A DNA stretch of 64,000 nt, taken from assembly GCA_040954595.2 (NCBI GenBank), contig CM082579.2:12153834-12217833 (forward strand), written 5' to 3'. The position numbers were made by a program, and so were the translations under genes. Positions 27,901 through 43,100 of this stretch are shown piece by piece. The notes beneath the pieces were generated by a model. It had not been told where the DNA came from and did not search any database. It saw only the letters and a list, made by a program, of their open reading frames with translations. The stretch comes from Balanoglossus misakiensis. Taxonomy: Eukaryota; Animalia; Hemichordata. Each line of letters opens with the position of its first letter. The stretch's first letter is position 1.

Positions 27901-29491
27901 CTTCTTCTAATGAAGTTGAATGCACCACACGACATGTACAAAACCACAGGACAACATGTCAAATGCACAAGACAACATATATAAATGCACAAGACAACAT
28001 ATATAAATGCACAGGACAACATATATAAATGCACATGACAACGTATATAAATACACAAGACAACGTATATATATACACAAGACAACGTATATAAATGCAC
28101 AAGACAACATATATAAATGCACAAGTCAACATATATAAATGCACAGGACAACGTATATAAATGCACAGGACAACGTATATAAATACACAAGACAACGTAT
28201 ATAAATGCACACAACATATATAAATGCACAAGTCAACATATATAAATGCACAGGACAACGTATATAAATGCACAAGACAACGTATATAAATACACAAGAC
28301 AACGTATATAAATACACAAGACAACGTATATAAATGCACAAGACAACATATATAAATGCACAAGTCAACATATATAAATGCACAGGACAACGTATATAAA
28401 TGCACAGGACAACGTATATAAATACACAAGACAACGTATATAAATGCACACAACATATATAAATGCACAAGTCAACATATATAAATGCACAGGACAACGT
28501 ATATAAATGCACAAGACAACGTATATAAATGCACAGGACAACGTATATAAATACACAGGACAACATATATAAATGCACAGGACAACGTATATAAATGCAC
28601 AGGACAACGTATATAAATACAGAAGACAACGTATATAAATGCACAAGACAACATATATAAATGCACAAGTCAACATATATAAATACAGAAGACAACGTAT
28701 ATAAATGCACAAGACAACATATATAAATGCACAAGTCAACATATATAAATGCACAGGACAACGTATATAAATACACAAGACAACGTATATAAATGCACAC
28801 GACAACATGTAGAAATGCACAAGACAACGTATATGAATGCAAAAGACAACATATATAAATGGACAAGACAACATCTTAAATGCACAAGACAATATAAAAT
28901 GGACAAGACAACATGTTAAATGCACAGAAAAATATTTGAAATGCACAAGACAACATGTTAAATTCACAGGACCATATATGAAATGACAAGAAAACATGTT
29001 AAATGCACAGGACCATATATGAAATGCACAAGAAAACATGCTAAATGCACAAGAAAACATGTTAAATGCACAAGAGAACATGAGTTCAGTTCACTTAAGG
29101 CAGTTATGGCTTTCCATACATCAAGGTTCAGGACTGCCATGGGTCAAAGGTCGTTTGCCTATCGAGCTGCAAAAACTTGGAACTCAATTCCTGTATATAT
29201 CCGTAACCATGCAAGTTTATCATCATTTAAATCAGCACTGTACAGTTACCTTTTTACGAAGTTTTATAATGAAGGTTCAGATTTGGATGGATAGCTTATT
29301 GTTTGATTGGATTTCTCATTTATTTATTTATTTATTTATTCTTTCATTTATCTATGTCCTCGCTCTTTTTTGTTTTTTGTTTCAGTTGTGTATTTACGAT
29401 TCACTATTTATATGAAATTGTATTTTTTTTCATGAGGGCCCTGATGTAAATTACAATTCATTTGTAATCAGATTACCCTCTTTAAATAAAG

Positions 29492-29526
<35 letters not shown>

Positions 29527-32500
29527 GTCTCGCGTGGTAGGAACATATTTGTATAGGCAAATACCGATCATAGGAACGTAAACGTGCGTTCGCAACGGGG
29601 GTGCAACTTTTTTCTATCATAGACTTGCGCTAAAATCCAGTAGTTAAGCTTCTCACGATGGTCTTACATAGACTTTAGCCGTAATTTCTGCCTTTCTTTT
29701 AAGATGCGATGATCAACGGATTTTGTTTATAAACATACTTCAGATTCCAATTTCCATGATGAAACAGAGAATCTGCAAAGACGTTCGCTCGTATTCCTTA
29801 CAGTAATGTAAATGTGGTTCAGTTCTTCTGGAAGGCCTGGCGTTAGCGAAACCTCACACCAAGGATTTTACAAAGAACGGGAAAACCGACCTTGACAGAG
29901 CATCCCGCCCCAGCATCCTCCGAGTGGTTTAGAATCCTCTTCGCCATGTCTGAAAATCCTAGATTGTGCATGTGGGTAGCCAGCTCTATCTTTTGTCTGT
30001 CTGTCAGTGAAGAGTCATTGCCACCGCCAAACTTGTCGATGATTCCATTAATGGTAGCAAACATTTGCACTGGATACAGAAGGGCTCCCTCAATGTTCAT
30101 TTCGTGTCTGACGACGCCATCTTCCGCATATTCTTTATTTGACGGAAAACGGATGAGGAATCAGAAAGATTAAATATAATTAATCACAAATTGTCCACGT
30201 GATAAGGAGAGCTTTGCGTCAGATATTTATTCCGCTACTAAGTGTTCAACTCGTGTCATGATAAATTTCAAGAACAGTCGACTGTCAAGATGCCGAATTG
30301 CAATACATTTACACGATTTCCACATTCAAATTCCGAAATACAAAGCATATATATATCAAATTACCTTGTCGTGCATAATGAATAACTGCGTTATGAATTT
30401 GGTGCGAAATTGTCAGGCCCAAATTTAGAAAAGACGTACACATTAAATTTGGTAAAGATATGAAATGACAGCAATCTTATTATGAAGTGCATATACACCG
30501 TGACATTGCCAGACAGCAAAATGAACTTAATTTGGAACACACCTGATTTGGCATTGCTTCTCTGTTGTTTCCAAACTTTCCAGCAAAAGTCCACCTTCTT
30601 TAACTGAGCATCAAGGGCGACAGCCTCACTTGTACAACCAGAAATAAACGCGTCAGTTTCACGTAAAGCCGTCTTAAAGTCACCGACCAGAAGTCGACCC
30701 TTGAAACCGTGCTGAATGCGAACCCACTTCTCTTCTGCCCTTTGCCTGTTTATTTCTGAAAATATAATTTATTAAGGACATTAAGTATACAAACATAATA
30801 TAGTATAGTATAACATAGTATAAATATCTCTCTCTCCTCTTGTATGTTATTCTATGTTGGTAGGTACACTTAAGGTGGCATTGTATGAAAAGTTGTGATT
30901 TTTGCCAAATTTTACATTTTTACAGGTCTAATACTGATCCACATTCTGACAAATCCGTCTTGGCGGAAATGGTGTATAATCACCCAAAATTAGCACTTTT
31001 CTGAATGAGTCCACAGCTTAAGAAATAGGTGTCAACAATGCAAATGACCGTTTTTCTCAGTTTGCATTTTCGCTGCTTTTGACAACTTCAGAAGAATTTA
31101 GCTTCGCTCTGCGTTGGCCGAATTTGCTCAAATTTTAACAGGGGATTGTGTATGACCCATCTAACAAAACATTTTTTGTCGATAAAGTGTCCCTGGCGGG
31201 AATAAACTCTGATTCAATACAACTCATTGTGAATTTGATCACATTTTCTAAAAAACTAACTTTCAAACGCTCTTGCTCCTCAATGGAAGCAGATAATGCA
31301 AAACAAAATTTTAGTGTTTTTTGCACGTGTACTCTAGTTTCGAATGCCATATTAAGATGCATGATACATGGTCAATTTTTACCTAAATTCAATTGAATGA
31401 CATAATATCAAACAATGTTTTTAACCCAAAAATCCACCATTTCCGGAGATCAATAATATATGCAACTCAAACAAAAGTTCAAAAACCCAGCTTCCAGAAA
31501 ATATATGGTTTATGGGGGTTTTAACGTTGTCTTTGATGAGAAACAGGCCTCTGAAAAAGTCTCGACGGTTTCATGCAATGCCACCTTAAAGCCGCATTAT
31601 CTGCCCCTATGTGCTATTTTCTCAGTATATAAATTTGCTTCGTTTTGGGTATACAACTGTGGGTTCTCCTTGCACTCTGTAAGCAATAACAAATGCAAAG
31701 GCCAAATAAAAAAGTATGTGCCGATTACATGGTTTTCAAAAATAGGGTAGGTAGGTAGGGAAATATTTTTATTTTGCATTTTTTTATATCTTTGGCCGCC
31801 GTAGTGTAGAAGAATGACGTCATAGTTCTTGCCTGATTCTCGCAATTTTCGCAAAGTTTGTATATTTGACATCGTTATTTTTACTTCCGGTTTACGAAGC
31901 TCTATGAAGTTTAGGGTCGGCGGGCTAAAATAAGGGTAGGTCGGGTAATCGGAACAGCACATATTTTTTTTTGGCCTAAGTATTTGTCCAGGTTGCGCAA
32001 TGTTTCCAAAACCCTAACACAGCATACCTGGAAATCACGAGAAAATGTCTCGTGCTTAAATAACTTACCTTCGTCTCTCATTCTCTTTTGATCTCGAATC
32101 TCCTTTGCCTTGCTGCCCTAAAACATATCGGTAAATTTAACATATTTATAATGAATTCAATTTTTTTTAACTACAGTGGTACAAAGAACATATGTCAGTA
32201 TCGTACATAACTGTGTCATAGTCTTTTGAAGACAGTGTGATAAACCTACCTATGTACTCTGACTTTCCTCGGTTTTAATATTTAAATTTGTCATAAATGC
32301 GACGATTTCAGCTTTGCGGAACATTAATTGACTGTAAGTCGAGATGGTGGAGGACCTCATTACACTAAATACAGTATACTATATATCAGCTATAGTTAAC
32401 ATACTGGTGTACTTATGCCTTTATTTTGAGATGATAATGATATAGTGATAGCGATAGTTATGATGGTGATAATATGCATAATGACGATGGTGATCGTCGT

Positions 32501-35500
32501 CAATTGGTCTAGAATCGAACGTTGAAAGATCATCTGTAACTTAGATCGCTTGCAATATGTCAAATTACCCCGGCCGACACTAGTTCTTTTAAAATGAACA
32601 GCATTATACCCCCCCCCCCCCCCACGCTGCCGTGCAGAGAGATCAATTTCCTCCAGTTACTTTCGGTAAAGAATTCCCGTACAGCATAGTGCAACGTTGA
32701 GAAAGTCTCGAATAGCATACTTTTTCCCATCATTAATCTACACCTTGACTTACTTCCGAAGTTTTGGGTTTCGATGTGTTTTTCCCTCGCTTTTTTTCCA
32801 AAAGTATAGTTTCTTGTTGTACACCACCAAACATCTTCCCTTGTAATGATTGACCAAAACGTTGCATATGTCTTGCCATAAATTGTTTGTTTTTCAGCTG
32901 CCACTTCCTGTCCCTTTTGTCTTCGGGTAGTTTGACAACTGAGAATTTTAAAACGACAGAAAAACAATCGCTAACATACGGCATTTAGGAGAGTGAATGT
33001 CTCAATGTTTTAAAAGAATAAAGTTCCTTCTATTTTACATGTGTCCTTATAACGGTAAAATCGCATGCCTCAATCTTCTATTTACTGTGTGATGGCGCAC
33101 TTTGGCGTGACTACCCAACATGAAATATCTGATTAGCTGTATTTCCATTTCCGTGGTGACCGAGGTTAAAACTGCACACGTGACCGATGTATACCTTGAA
33201 CAGGCCATGCTTTTCCATGTTTTCGGTTAATTTATGTTTCATGTGAGCACTGAGTTCTTTATTTCTTTTCTGCTCACCATAACAAATAATCGCCGGTTAT
33301 TTTCAGTAAATGACAGTGACCTTTAGTTCCAAATCACATCACTATCTGTTCTGTACTTACTCAATGAGCCGTCTTTAGCGCTTTCGTATTCATCTGCGAA
33401 CTCTCTGCCTGAATGCCAATGGTACCTCTCATCGAAGTCCTGTCCTTCCACCAAGAATTTTCGGATGCCGTCTTCACTTCTATACGTAACACAGTATCAC
33501 ATAACAACGATTTAATTGTGCATTTATTCAGTTGAGCAGCCTTAGCACAAAAAGTGCATCTTCATTTAATTCACTTTAATCACTCCCATTATTTCACATC
33601 TCAGTTAAATCCGTTGAGAAACGGCAAATCTCGGGCAAGCGCATGTTGGGGCATGAAATACATTATCACTTGAAAGTACCTACATTTTGGCTTGAGGAAC
33701 AGCATCCAAGACATCGCCAGCGTAGTTTGTGACAAGATCACACTGAACAGGTATCAATCCTTCGGTATTGGCTTCTGTGGATTAATTAATCACTCAAAAT
33801 GTAAGATATTGTAATATACCGTTGTTCATTATATAAGTATTCGAAAAATGATCTATATGTCTAAAATATACCTGTGCATGGTCGCCTTGCTATATAAATT
33901 TCAGATTCACTCCAAAAGTCTCAATGTCCGTCAATTATTTCAAATATTACAGATATGACCCGTGCTCGACACTCATAGAAAGACTCACCAAAACACATGC
34001 TACCCGACGCAGTATACAGTAAAGTATTATATCACCCCTTTCGAAAATAGTTGACCAATCTCTTATTTCATGTGCGTAATATTGCCAACTGTTGTCTTAC
34101 TGTTACCGAACATGCTGGCCTATGCACGATTATAGCCTACTCAGCTATAATCGTTCATAATGCGCCACTAGAATAGTATTACATTATAAGCAGTGAAAAC
34201 TCTGTCCTTTATACTCTGTCCTTTTTACTCTGTCCTGAGCACTTTTAACTGTCATCAAACACACGTACCAAATCACATAGCGAGATCTTGCTGCATGTGC
34301 TTAAAACAAATGTACTGAAAATTAAACGCGGACCTTCTACTCTGACCACGTGAATGCTTTTCGTTGCAAAAGGTCAATGTAGTCAAATAAATATTAGCCA
34401 TTTAAGCTACATCAGTAACTTACCTTGTCGGTCATCTGTGGATTTCCCTATAGGAGATATTACCTGTGCTGATGATGTGTCAAGTTGTGGTGGTAGGTGA
34501 TCACACAGTCCTTCGACACGGCTTACGACGAGACTCCATAACCTACTACAAATATACGCTATCTCATCCGGCATCTGTATACCTGTACATCACAAAAATT
34601 AAGAATATACCTCTTAATATTTTAGAAAACATTTTAGACCCCCCCCCAAAAAAAAACATTATGAATATACTAAAAGTTATTTATAGTGTTTCCGAGATTT
34701 AAACTATACTCATGGTTTGTAAAATTGGTTAAATATTGCATGTACGACTCAGTTGTCGCTCTTTCAGACCGCCTGCTAATTATGCAAATTCGGTAAAACC
34801 GATCATCAGCTCGACTCATTACGTGCTTACTTCAGATGAACGACCCTTCTCACTGGAGCTAACAAACACACACAAACAAACAGATAAATAAATAAATTAA
34901 TAAAAAATAGCGTCAAGGACACTGTGGTCCCATTTGAGGACATAGCACATAGCAACATAGCAATAAGCATATCTGCCCTGGATGCAAATATATGGAAAAG
35001 TATGTCAAAGGTCACCTGAGGGCATGCAAAATTTGGGCAAGAAATTTTGACCCTATACTGGTCCATGTTCAACAAAAACCAAACCTATAGCCCTATTGGT
35101 TAGCCTGGAATTAGGTATGCACATAATTAATGAGATATGCAGGTGTCACAGGTGAACCCCAATTTTGGCTTTTCAATTTTAGTCCCAACCCTCCAAATGC
35201 GAAGTCTGTACCTGCTCTGGATGCCAAGATATGATAAAGTAGGTCAAAGGTCACCTGAGGTCATGCAAAATTTGGGCAAGAAATTTTGACCTTATACTGG
35301 TCCATGTTCAACAAAAACCAAACCTAAAGCCTTATTGGTTAGCCTGGAATTAGGTATGCACATAATTAATGAGATATGCAGGTGTCACAGGTGACCCCCA
35401 ATTTTGGCTTTTCAATTTTAGTCCCAACCCTCCAAACGCCAAGTCTGTACCTGCTCTGGATGCCAAGATATGGAAAAGTAGGTCAAAGGTCACCTGAGGT

Positions 35501-37148
35501 CATGCAAAATTTGGGCAAGAAATTTTGACCCTATACTGGTCCATGTTCAACAAAAACCAAACCTATAGCCCTATTGGTTAGCCCGGAATGAGGTATGCAC
35601 ATAATTAATGAGATATGCAGGTGTCACAGGTGACCCATATTTTGGCTTTTCAATTTTAGTCCCAACCCTCCAAACGCCAAGTCTGTACCTGCTCTGGATG
35701 CCGAGATATAGGAAAGTAGGTCAAAGGTCACCTGAGGTCACCCAAAATTTTGGCAAGAAATTTTGACCCTATACTGGTCCATGTCCCACAAGAACGAAAC
35801 CTCTAGCCCTATTAGTTAGCCCGGAATTAGGTATGCACATAATTAATGTGTTAAGCAGGTGTCACAGGTGAGCCCAAAAATTTGCCTTTTATTTTGGCCC
35901 CATTGTGCTCACTGACCAATAGACAGTCACTGTACAGGACTATTGCACAGACCAGAATTCCACAATAAGACGTGGACATAGCTTAACCACAGAGGTATAA
36001 GTAAAGGTATAAATTTAATAAAAAGACTAAAAAATTCATAAAAAATAAAACATCCATGATATCAACTTAACACTTACAGGTCGGTGTGAGGTTGACATAA
36101 GGTACATGCATACCAATTTTCAAAGCAATCTGACCAGTAATTGTTGACTTACAGAGTTTTGATAAATTTCACATTTTACAAGCTAATTTGCATATTTTTG
36201 GGCCTGGCAACTTCGTTTGGACAAACTCCCATCTACAGCCCTGCCTGCACCTACACACCAAATATTGAGGTGATACGCGCAGCGGTTTTCAAGTTTTTGA
36301 TGTGGACGGACATACAGACATACATCCATACATACATCCATCCATCCATCCATCCATCCATCCATCCATCCATACATACATACAGACGCAACCCATCCCA
36401 TAAGGTCCCATGGTATATAGGCCTATACCAATGGGACCTAAAAATAAAAACAGTTCGACCTCCACTTCACATTACTACACTGCAGATACTGAAAATAAAG
36501 CAAGTCGTAAGTCTGGAGCTCAAGAATGAAAATGATAATGTTACCTCTTCGGTGAACTTCAGTCAGTGAATTTGTCTCATGTAATTGTTCTAAAAGTCTA
36601 TAGAACAGTCTTCCGTCCATAATGTCCGTCACGACAGACGCATATCCATCATTGGGTAACACCGTCTCCAGATCACTTTCCGGCGTTCTTTGTACTATCA
36701 ATAGACTGGTACACAGGGACCGATGTACCTAAAGACAATAGTTACTTGTTTCCTAAAGCTTCACTGATATATTGTTTACTAGTAAATTAATGTATAACTT
36801 AAACGAAATACTGTAGCTTATACCAGTCGCTCGATATCCAATAAACGCCAGTCATGCAGAAATCTCGTTACGTGACAATAATCAATAGCGTTTGTATACA
36901 ATGGCAGCACAATATTAACAAATTACTGTCCATTGATGGTCATCTTGAGCGCATAGCAGTATTTATCTCCGTTTCACGGCAAAATTCAGGGATTGAAGAA
37001 ATCGACATTTACGCGCACAAAATATATTTTGCATTGCTCGTGCTTAGTGCGAAAATGGTATGACTTCCATTCAAATATAGGACAAATCAGTCGGGCAGTA
37101 CTTCGGATCAAATCACTCATCGTTGTTCAGTTGTCCGTCATCATCAGC

Positions 37149-37182
<34 letters not shown>

Positions 37183-40100
37183 TAAACAACAACAATCCAT
37201 ACTTACGGTTTTTAAGAACTGGGGAACACGGTATGCCAAATCCAGCTGCTCTACGCTATCCCTGGATAGATACTGTGCCCTGGTCTCCAGTGGTACACAA
37301 CCCAGGAGGAGGGTATGGACAAAGTACGCGTAAGGTAAATCGCCAAGTCTGCAGATCTGTTGAAATGTGACATAACCTACTTAGTGAGTGGGAGCACATA
37401 AAATTCAAGCATTATCCCGTACATTTCGTGACAAGTGAAACCACAGATACGCAAAAAACATGTAAGATCGCTAACACTGAAATATCATCTGGGTATGTGA
37501 AATGTCAACAACATTGTATTCGTTTTTCGCAATTAAATCCCACCGTTAATACTTCTCAATATTTGACACATCGTGTATAGAAACAATTCATGAACACCGC
37601 ACCCACAACATATTACGTCATCATGATGTTGAAGATTTCAATTTTCTGGTACAATATAGTACAATGTAGCTTTGGAAACGAAGCTGTTCCGCCGGGGGAG
37701 GGGATATATCCCCGGGGAATTAGCATATCCCTCCCGGCGGAACAGCTGCGTTGCTACAGCCAGTACGATAGATAATACAGCGAACATGAACGGAGTACAT
37801 TTCTTTATGAACTATACTCACCTTTACACTTGTCTCCCTGACAGTGTCTGTATTCTCTGAAGACCGGTGCCTTTTAGAAATTTCCTGCAAAGCATCTGAA
37901 CAGGCCATCATCGTCAATACAGTTCTGATGTTGTAGATTTTGTGTTGTCTGAGATCCTCGGGGAACGCCATCATCATGTCTCTTATTTGGTCCCAGTCGT
38001 GCTACCAGTAAAACAGAAATATGTCGCAGATCAACTTTAACCCTTTCATCCCCACTTCCATCTTTAGAGGTCCAACTTCCCCCATAGAAAATAATGGATT
38101 TGGACTGAACCAAGGTGGTGAAAGGGTTAAAACATTACTGAATGGTAGAGCTGCTGCTTCAACATCGTTTTAAAAAGGTGCCTTATCTATTTCAAGTACT
38201 CTATATTCATGGATCAACGTTGATTTTAGAAGGCGTTATTGAATATCGCATGGATTAGCCATGGAGGGGCGATTCATATCTGTCAGTCTGGCCCCACAAA
38301 CTCTTAATACTCTACTGTATCATAGTGACAGTCCGCTATCAACCAGACTTAGGCACATTTGGCTCACATTCCCGATCGCTGGGTGTTTGGGATCGACAGC
38401 GTGGGATAAATCAATCACATCACGATTTTCACCATTGTCAACTGATATAGAATACATTGTTATGTCAACTTTAAAGGGCGACAACAAGGACCAGAGTCGG
38501 ACAAAACGAGTCCACACACACCAGGCCGAGACCAGAGTCGGGCACAGACCACCCCTTTCGACTGGGACAAAATTGTCCGGACCCATTCACACCTGTTTTT
38601 CTTTTTTTTGCTCGGCCACGTACCTGGCTAGAACAAGGGCCTAGCCTTTTTTGAGCAATGTGAACGGCCTAACTTAGTGATTCGAAAGATTCATCGCTGA
38701 TTGGATTATGAAGGTTCTCTGCATCTCATTAACGCGCACGAAATGTCACCAAATGGCGATAGGCAGAAGCTATACACAGGGCCAGACGATAGTCGTACAG
38801 TCAAAAATCGATGTTCTTAATTTACACGTAACACATCTTGTGGTGGCACGAGACGCAGAATCTCATACAGCAATAGCGGGACCTCGGGCGGTTCATTTTA
38901 GACCAGACATTCCCAGAAATCCAGTGCCGGGGTCTTTGGATATGAGGGATTATATTAATCCCCAGGGCCTGGTTTAGGCTGCGGTGTTTCCGTACCAAAC
39001 TAATCGCGAGTGAGATTGATATTGAATTGAGAATGTGATCTTGTAAAGGCTAAACGTCGGTGAATGTGATGGCTGAAAAGCACCCAGAGTGTCCATCTTT
39101 TTATTTCGATCACAGATCTCAGACAGAACATCACATGGCGAATAGCAGGGACAAATCAATTATGGACCGAGGAAGGTATCTTACCTGAGGTTCAAAAGAA
39201 GCTTCTCTTCTGTGTTTCTTCATCACATTCGCGACTGCGATCGCCGTTTTGCCAATGGGTTGGAGAAGCTGTGACAGTAAAAACGCCACTGTTATGGTCA
39301 ACCAATAAGTTATTCTGAATCTCTATACGCAAATGTGAACATTGCAAGAAATTTAAATAAAACCACATTCTCTCATAACAATGGGAATTTGAAATGCATT
39401 TTAAAAGATAACCCCACAAAAATAGAACACAATAATAACGAAACCATGAAACACAAATCGGGGTCTAAAGTTACCAAACTGTATAGCACTACTCCTTTTA
39501 CGTAGTCTTTCATGCAGGAAGTGAATTTATGGTCTGACGCCTATCTTAATGTGTCCTGTAGATTTTTCAAGTGAGGGTGAAGGGTGAGACTAAAACGAAG
39601 GAAACCGAAGGAAACTGAAGGACACTGTTTTTTCCATATTTTAGTGCGAATGAAATGGTTTTCTCTGTGCTGGTGGCCGAAGGACTGGTTTAGCTTCGAA
39701 TTAAACGCCGAAGGAAAGCGAATGACGCTGATTTATCCATATTTAAGTGCGAAGGAAAAGGTTTTCTCTATGCTGGTGGCCGAAGGACAGGTTTAGTTCG
39801 GTAATTAATTATGCTGGTGGCCGAAGGACAGGTTTAGTTCGGTAATTAAAGCCGAAGGACGGGTGTAGCTCCGTAATTTTGGCCGAAGGAAAGCGAAGGA
39901 CACTGATTTTTCCATATTTTAGTGCGAAGGAAACGGTTTTCTGTTTGCTGGGGGCCGAAGGACTGGTTTAGTTCGGTAATTAAAGCCGAAGGACGGGTGT
40001 AGCTCCGTAATTTTGGCCGAAGGAAAGCGAAGGACACTGATTTTTCCATATTTTAGTGCGAAGGACACGGTTTTCTGTATGCTAGAGGCCGAAGGACAGG

Positions 40101-43100
40101 TTTAGCTCAGTAATTAAAGCCAAAGGACGGGTGTAGCTCCGTAATTTTGGCCGAAGGACACTGATTTATCCATATTTTAGTGCGAAGGAAACGGTTTTCT
40201 GTATGCTAGAGGCCGAAGGACATGTTTAGCTCAGTAATTAAAGCCGAAGGACGGGTTTAGCTTCGTATAAAAGGCCGAAGGAAAGCGAAGGACGCTGATT
40301 TATCCATATTTTAGGGCGAAGGACACGGTTTTCTGTATGCTAGAGGCCGAAGGACAGGTTTAGCTCAGTAATTAAAGCCGAAGGACGGGTTTAGCTTCGT
40401 ATAAAAGGCCGAAGGAAAGCGAAGGACGCTGATTTATCCATATTTTAGGGCGAAGTAAAGCCAGTAAGGTGCGGAATTGTGTTTTATCGTTTTTAGAAAG
40501 TTTTGCTACAAGTTTAGAAAGCTAAATTAGCTGTAGCTAAATAGTTCTAAACTATCTAAGTTTTAAGGATAATTATCACTACGATAATTATCGCTGTCTA
40601 AATATCGTTCTAAATTTATAAATCAGCCACAATTTAGAAAGCTCCCCCCACCCCGACTAAAATTTTCTGTCGACGATATATCGGATATTTACGATAATTA
40701 TCGTCTCTTAACTATCGTTCTAAACTTTCTAAATTAGCCGAAGTTTAGAAAGCCCCCCCCCCCTCCTCCCTCCGACTAAAATTTTCTGCCGACGATATAA
40801 GTGCTGTATTTCCATTTCAATATTTGCGGAATTTTCATGTATGATTTTAATTGGTGCATTTCAATTTCAATATTTGCGGACGGGAGAATGTTGGGAATCG
40901 TTTATTGCCCAAATCAAGCCTTATCTCAAAACTCCTCTCAGTTTATTGAGATATGGGCTTCGTTTGTATGACACCATTGTTCTGTGCAACGACTGAAGTC
41001 TCAGGTTAATCAATGTCTTAACACCATTGTTCTACCATTATGAGGTGTTGTAAAAGAGTTAGAACTTCGGCTATATATACCGTTAAAATAAAACAAAGAT
41101 CACATTTGACTTCCCACCGAAGTACTGGCCATCCCGTCTCTCTCTTCATTTCGAGCCTACTTCCAAAGTGTACGCCGTACATTTGTAAACGCCCAAGTAG
41201 TCCAACTTTCTAAACTGCCGCTAGTTTAGAAAGTTTAGAACGATATTTAGAAAGTGATAATTATCTTGAAAAAAGCCGTGTTTATCAATATTAGCTAAAT
41301 TAGCTTCCTTAGACAATACATGTAGTTTAGAAATGCCCCTTCAATAAGACACAATTCCGCACCTAACTCAGGAAAGCGAAGGACAGTGATTCTCCATATT
41401 TTAGGGAGAAGGACATTAGTATACATCTCTCTGTATCTCGGAACTAGGATATCAATAGTGTGATCTTGTGTTGAGATCGTTTTTTGTCAGTTGTTTTTCA
41501 TTTCCAGTTCATGGAACGTAATGTCGGCTATTCCCGGTCACGGTTACTAGAAGAAGACGGTTAGGAAACTCTATTGTTCGGAAGGTGTGAACGAGGTGTT
41601 AGCTAGGAGAGTACATGTCCGAACCGCTATGTGGGGTTGTATTGGGGAACGTGTTAATTTTTGAACCCCTTCATCTGCCCTTTTTCGTCAGAGTACAGCG
41701 CCACTTTTTTTGTGTACGAGTTCCATATAGGCTTATGGAGTGCACGGTCATAGTCTGTTGGGCTTGCGACACTCTACCATTGTTTCTTGGGTGGTTAACT
41801 AAAAGTCCGGACTCAAATAGCGTCGAATTTTGAACCCCTAGAATTCAACCCTGATGGTCGCATTTCTGTTTTTTTAAAATATATTTAGATATTTTACACC
41901 TTTTTGTATTGCATGGGCTATTTCGTTTATTCCAATTGGAATATTTCGTTGAGATTGCATACCCATTTCGATACAGTCGTTAACATTATCGATATAGCCT
42001 TTGGCGGCCATCTTGTTTGTTTTGGTTCGCATCGAATCTCTAGGGCACAGTCAAGACAAAGAATGTATGGCTTCATCATGTCCTTGAAAGTTCAAAATTG
42101 TCATAAATGTGCTGTGACTTTATAAATTATCCACTCTCTGTTCTGTTTTCCTCAAATCTGGTGGTATACGTACTGTGCGTGCAAGCAATTCCGTAAACAT
42201 GAGTATGGTTTGCTTTGGATTGTAGGGGTAATGACGTCATTTTGACCGAGCGGTCAGTTATTCTGTCTGTTTATTCGTATGGCCAGGCTCGTTAGCACCT
42301 GATATCTTTCGTTTACACTAAGTGTTTACCGAGGCGAGCATCTAACAATGGAGAAAAAATAGTTTCCTAACCGTCTTCTTCTAGTAACCGTGTCCCGGTG
42401 AAGCATTTGAGCCCACGGTACAACTGCATGTTTGCTTGTAGAATTTGTTGTTTAATTCAAAAGTATTGTTACGTAGAATTAGTGATAGCATTTCAGTGAG
42501 GTATGTTTGTTTAGATTTGTTTCGTGTAAACATGACACTCTACTTAAGATCTCGACATTGATATCAGTAACTCTGGTCAGACGTGTACTAGCTGACGCCA
42601 AGTCTCTGATAATCGTGAGAGAATCGTGTCCTGCGCCCTAAAATAAGGAAATATGACTGTCCTTCCTTTTCCTTCGCCCTAAAAAATGGAAATATGACTG
42701 TCCTTCGGTTTCCTTCGCCCTAAATTACTGAGCTACACCTGTCCTTCGGCCTCTAGCATACAGAAAACCTCGTCCTTCGGCCGAAAATATGGAAAAATCA
42801 GCGTCCTTCGGTTTCCTTCGCCCTAAATGACTGAGCTACACCTGTCCTTCGGCCTCTAGCATACAGAAAACCTCGTCCTTCGGCCGAAAATATGGAAAAA
42901 TCAGCGTCCTTCGGTTTCCTTCGCCCTAAATGACTGAGCTACACCTGTCCTTCGGCCTCTAGCATACAGAAAACCTCGTCCTTCGGCCGAAAATATGGAA
43001 AAATCAGTGTCCTTCGGTTTCCTTCGGCCAAAATTACGGAGCTACACCCGTCCTTCGGCGTTTCATTCGAAGCTAAACCAGTCCTTCGGCCTCCAGCATA

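Larger units (their letters stand above)
23707..29118. mobile_element. Non-autonomous foldback DNA transposon, IS3EU-like
   Basis: Termini TATGGAAAGCCATAACTGCC../..GGCAGTTATGGCTTTCCATA, exact 6-bp TSD CATCAA (23701-23706, 29119-29124), and >1-kb inverted arms built of a 21-bp minisatellite. Confidence 0.8.
23412..29524 (+). mobile_element. 5'-truncated L2/CR1-group LINE remnant, split by an insertion at 23707-29118
   Basis: Left part [46 protein letters not shown] joins right part [32 protein letters not shown], a typical post-RT ORF2 C-terminus. Ends in AATAAA + (TAA)n tail at ~29485-29524. Confidence 0.8.

Noticed and set aside
23493-29081. Long Cys/Tyr-rich ORFs (up to 246 aa) on both strands
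   Set aside because: Translations of a 21-bp minisatellite, open in several frames; not genes.
36993-37370. Poly-Asn ORF
   Set aside because: Arises from the (AAC)n microsatellite and the antisense of DDX60 exon 6.
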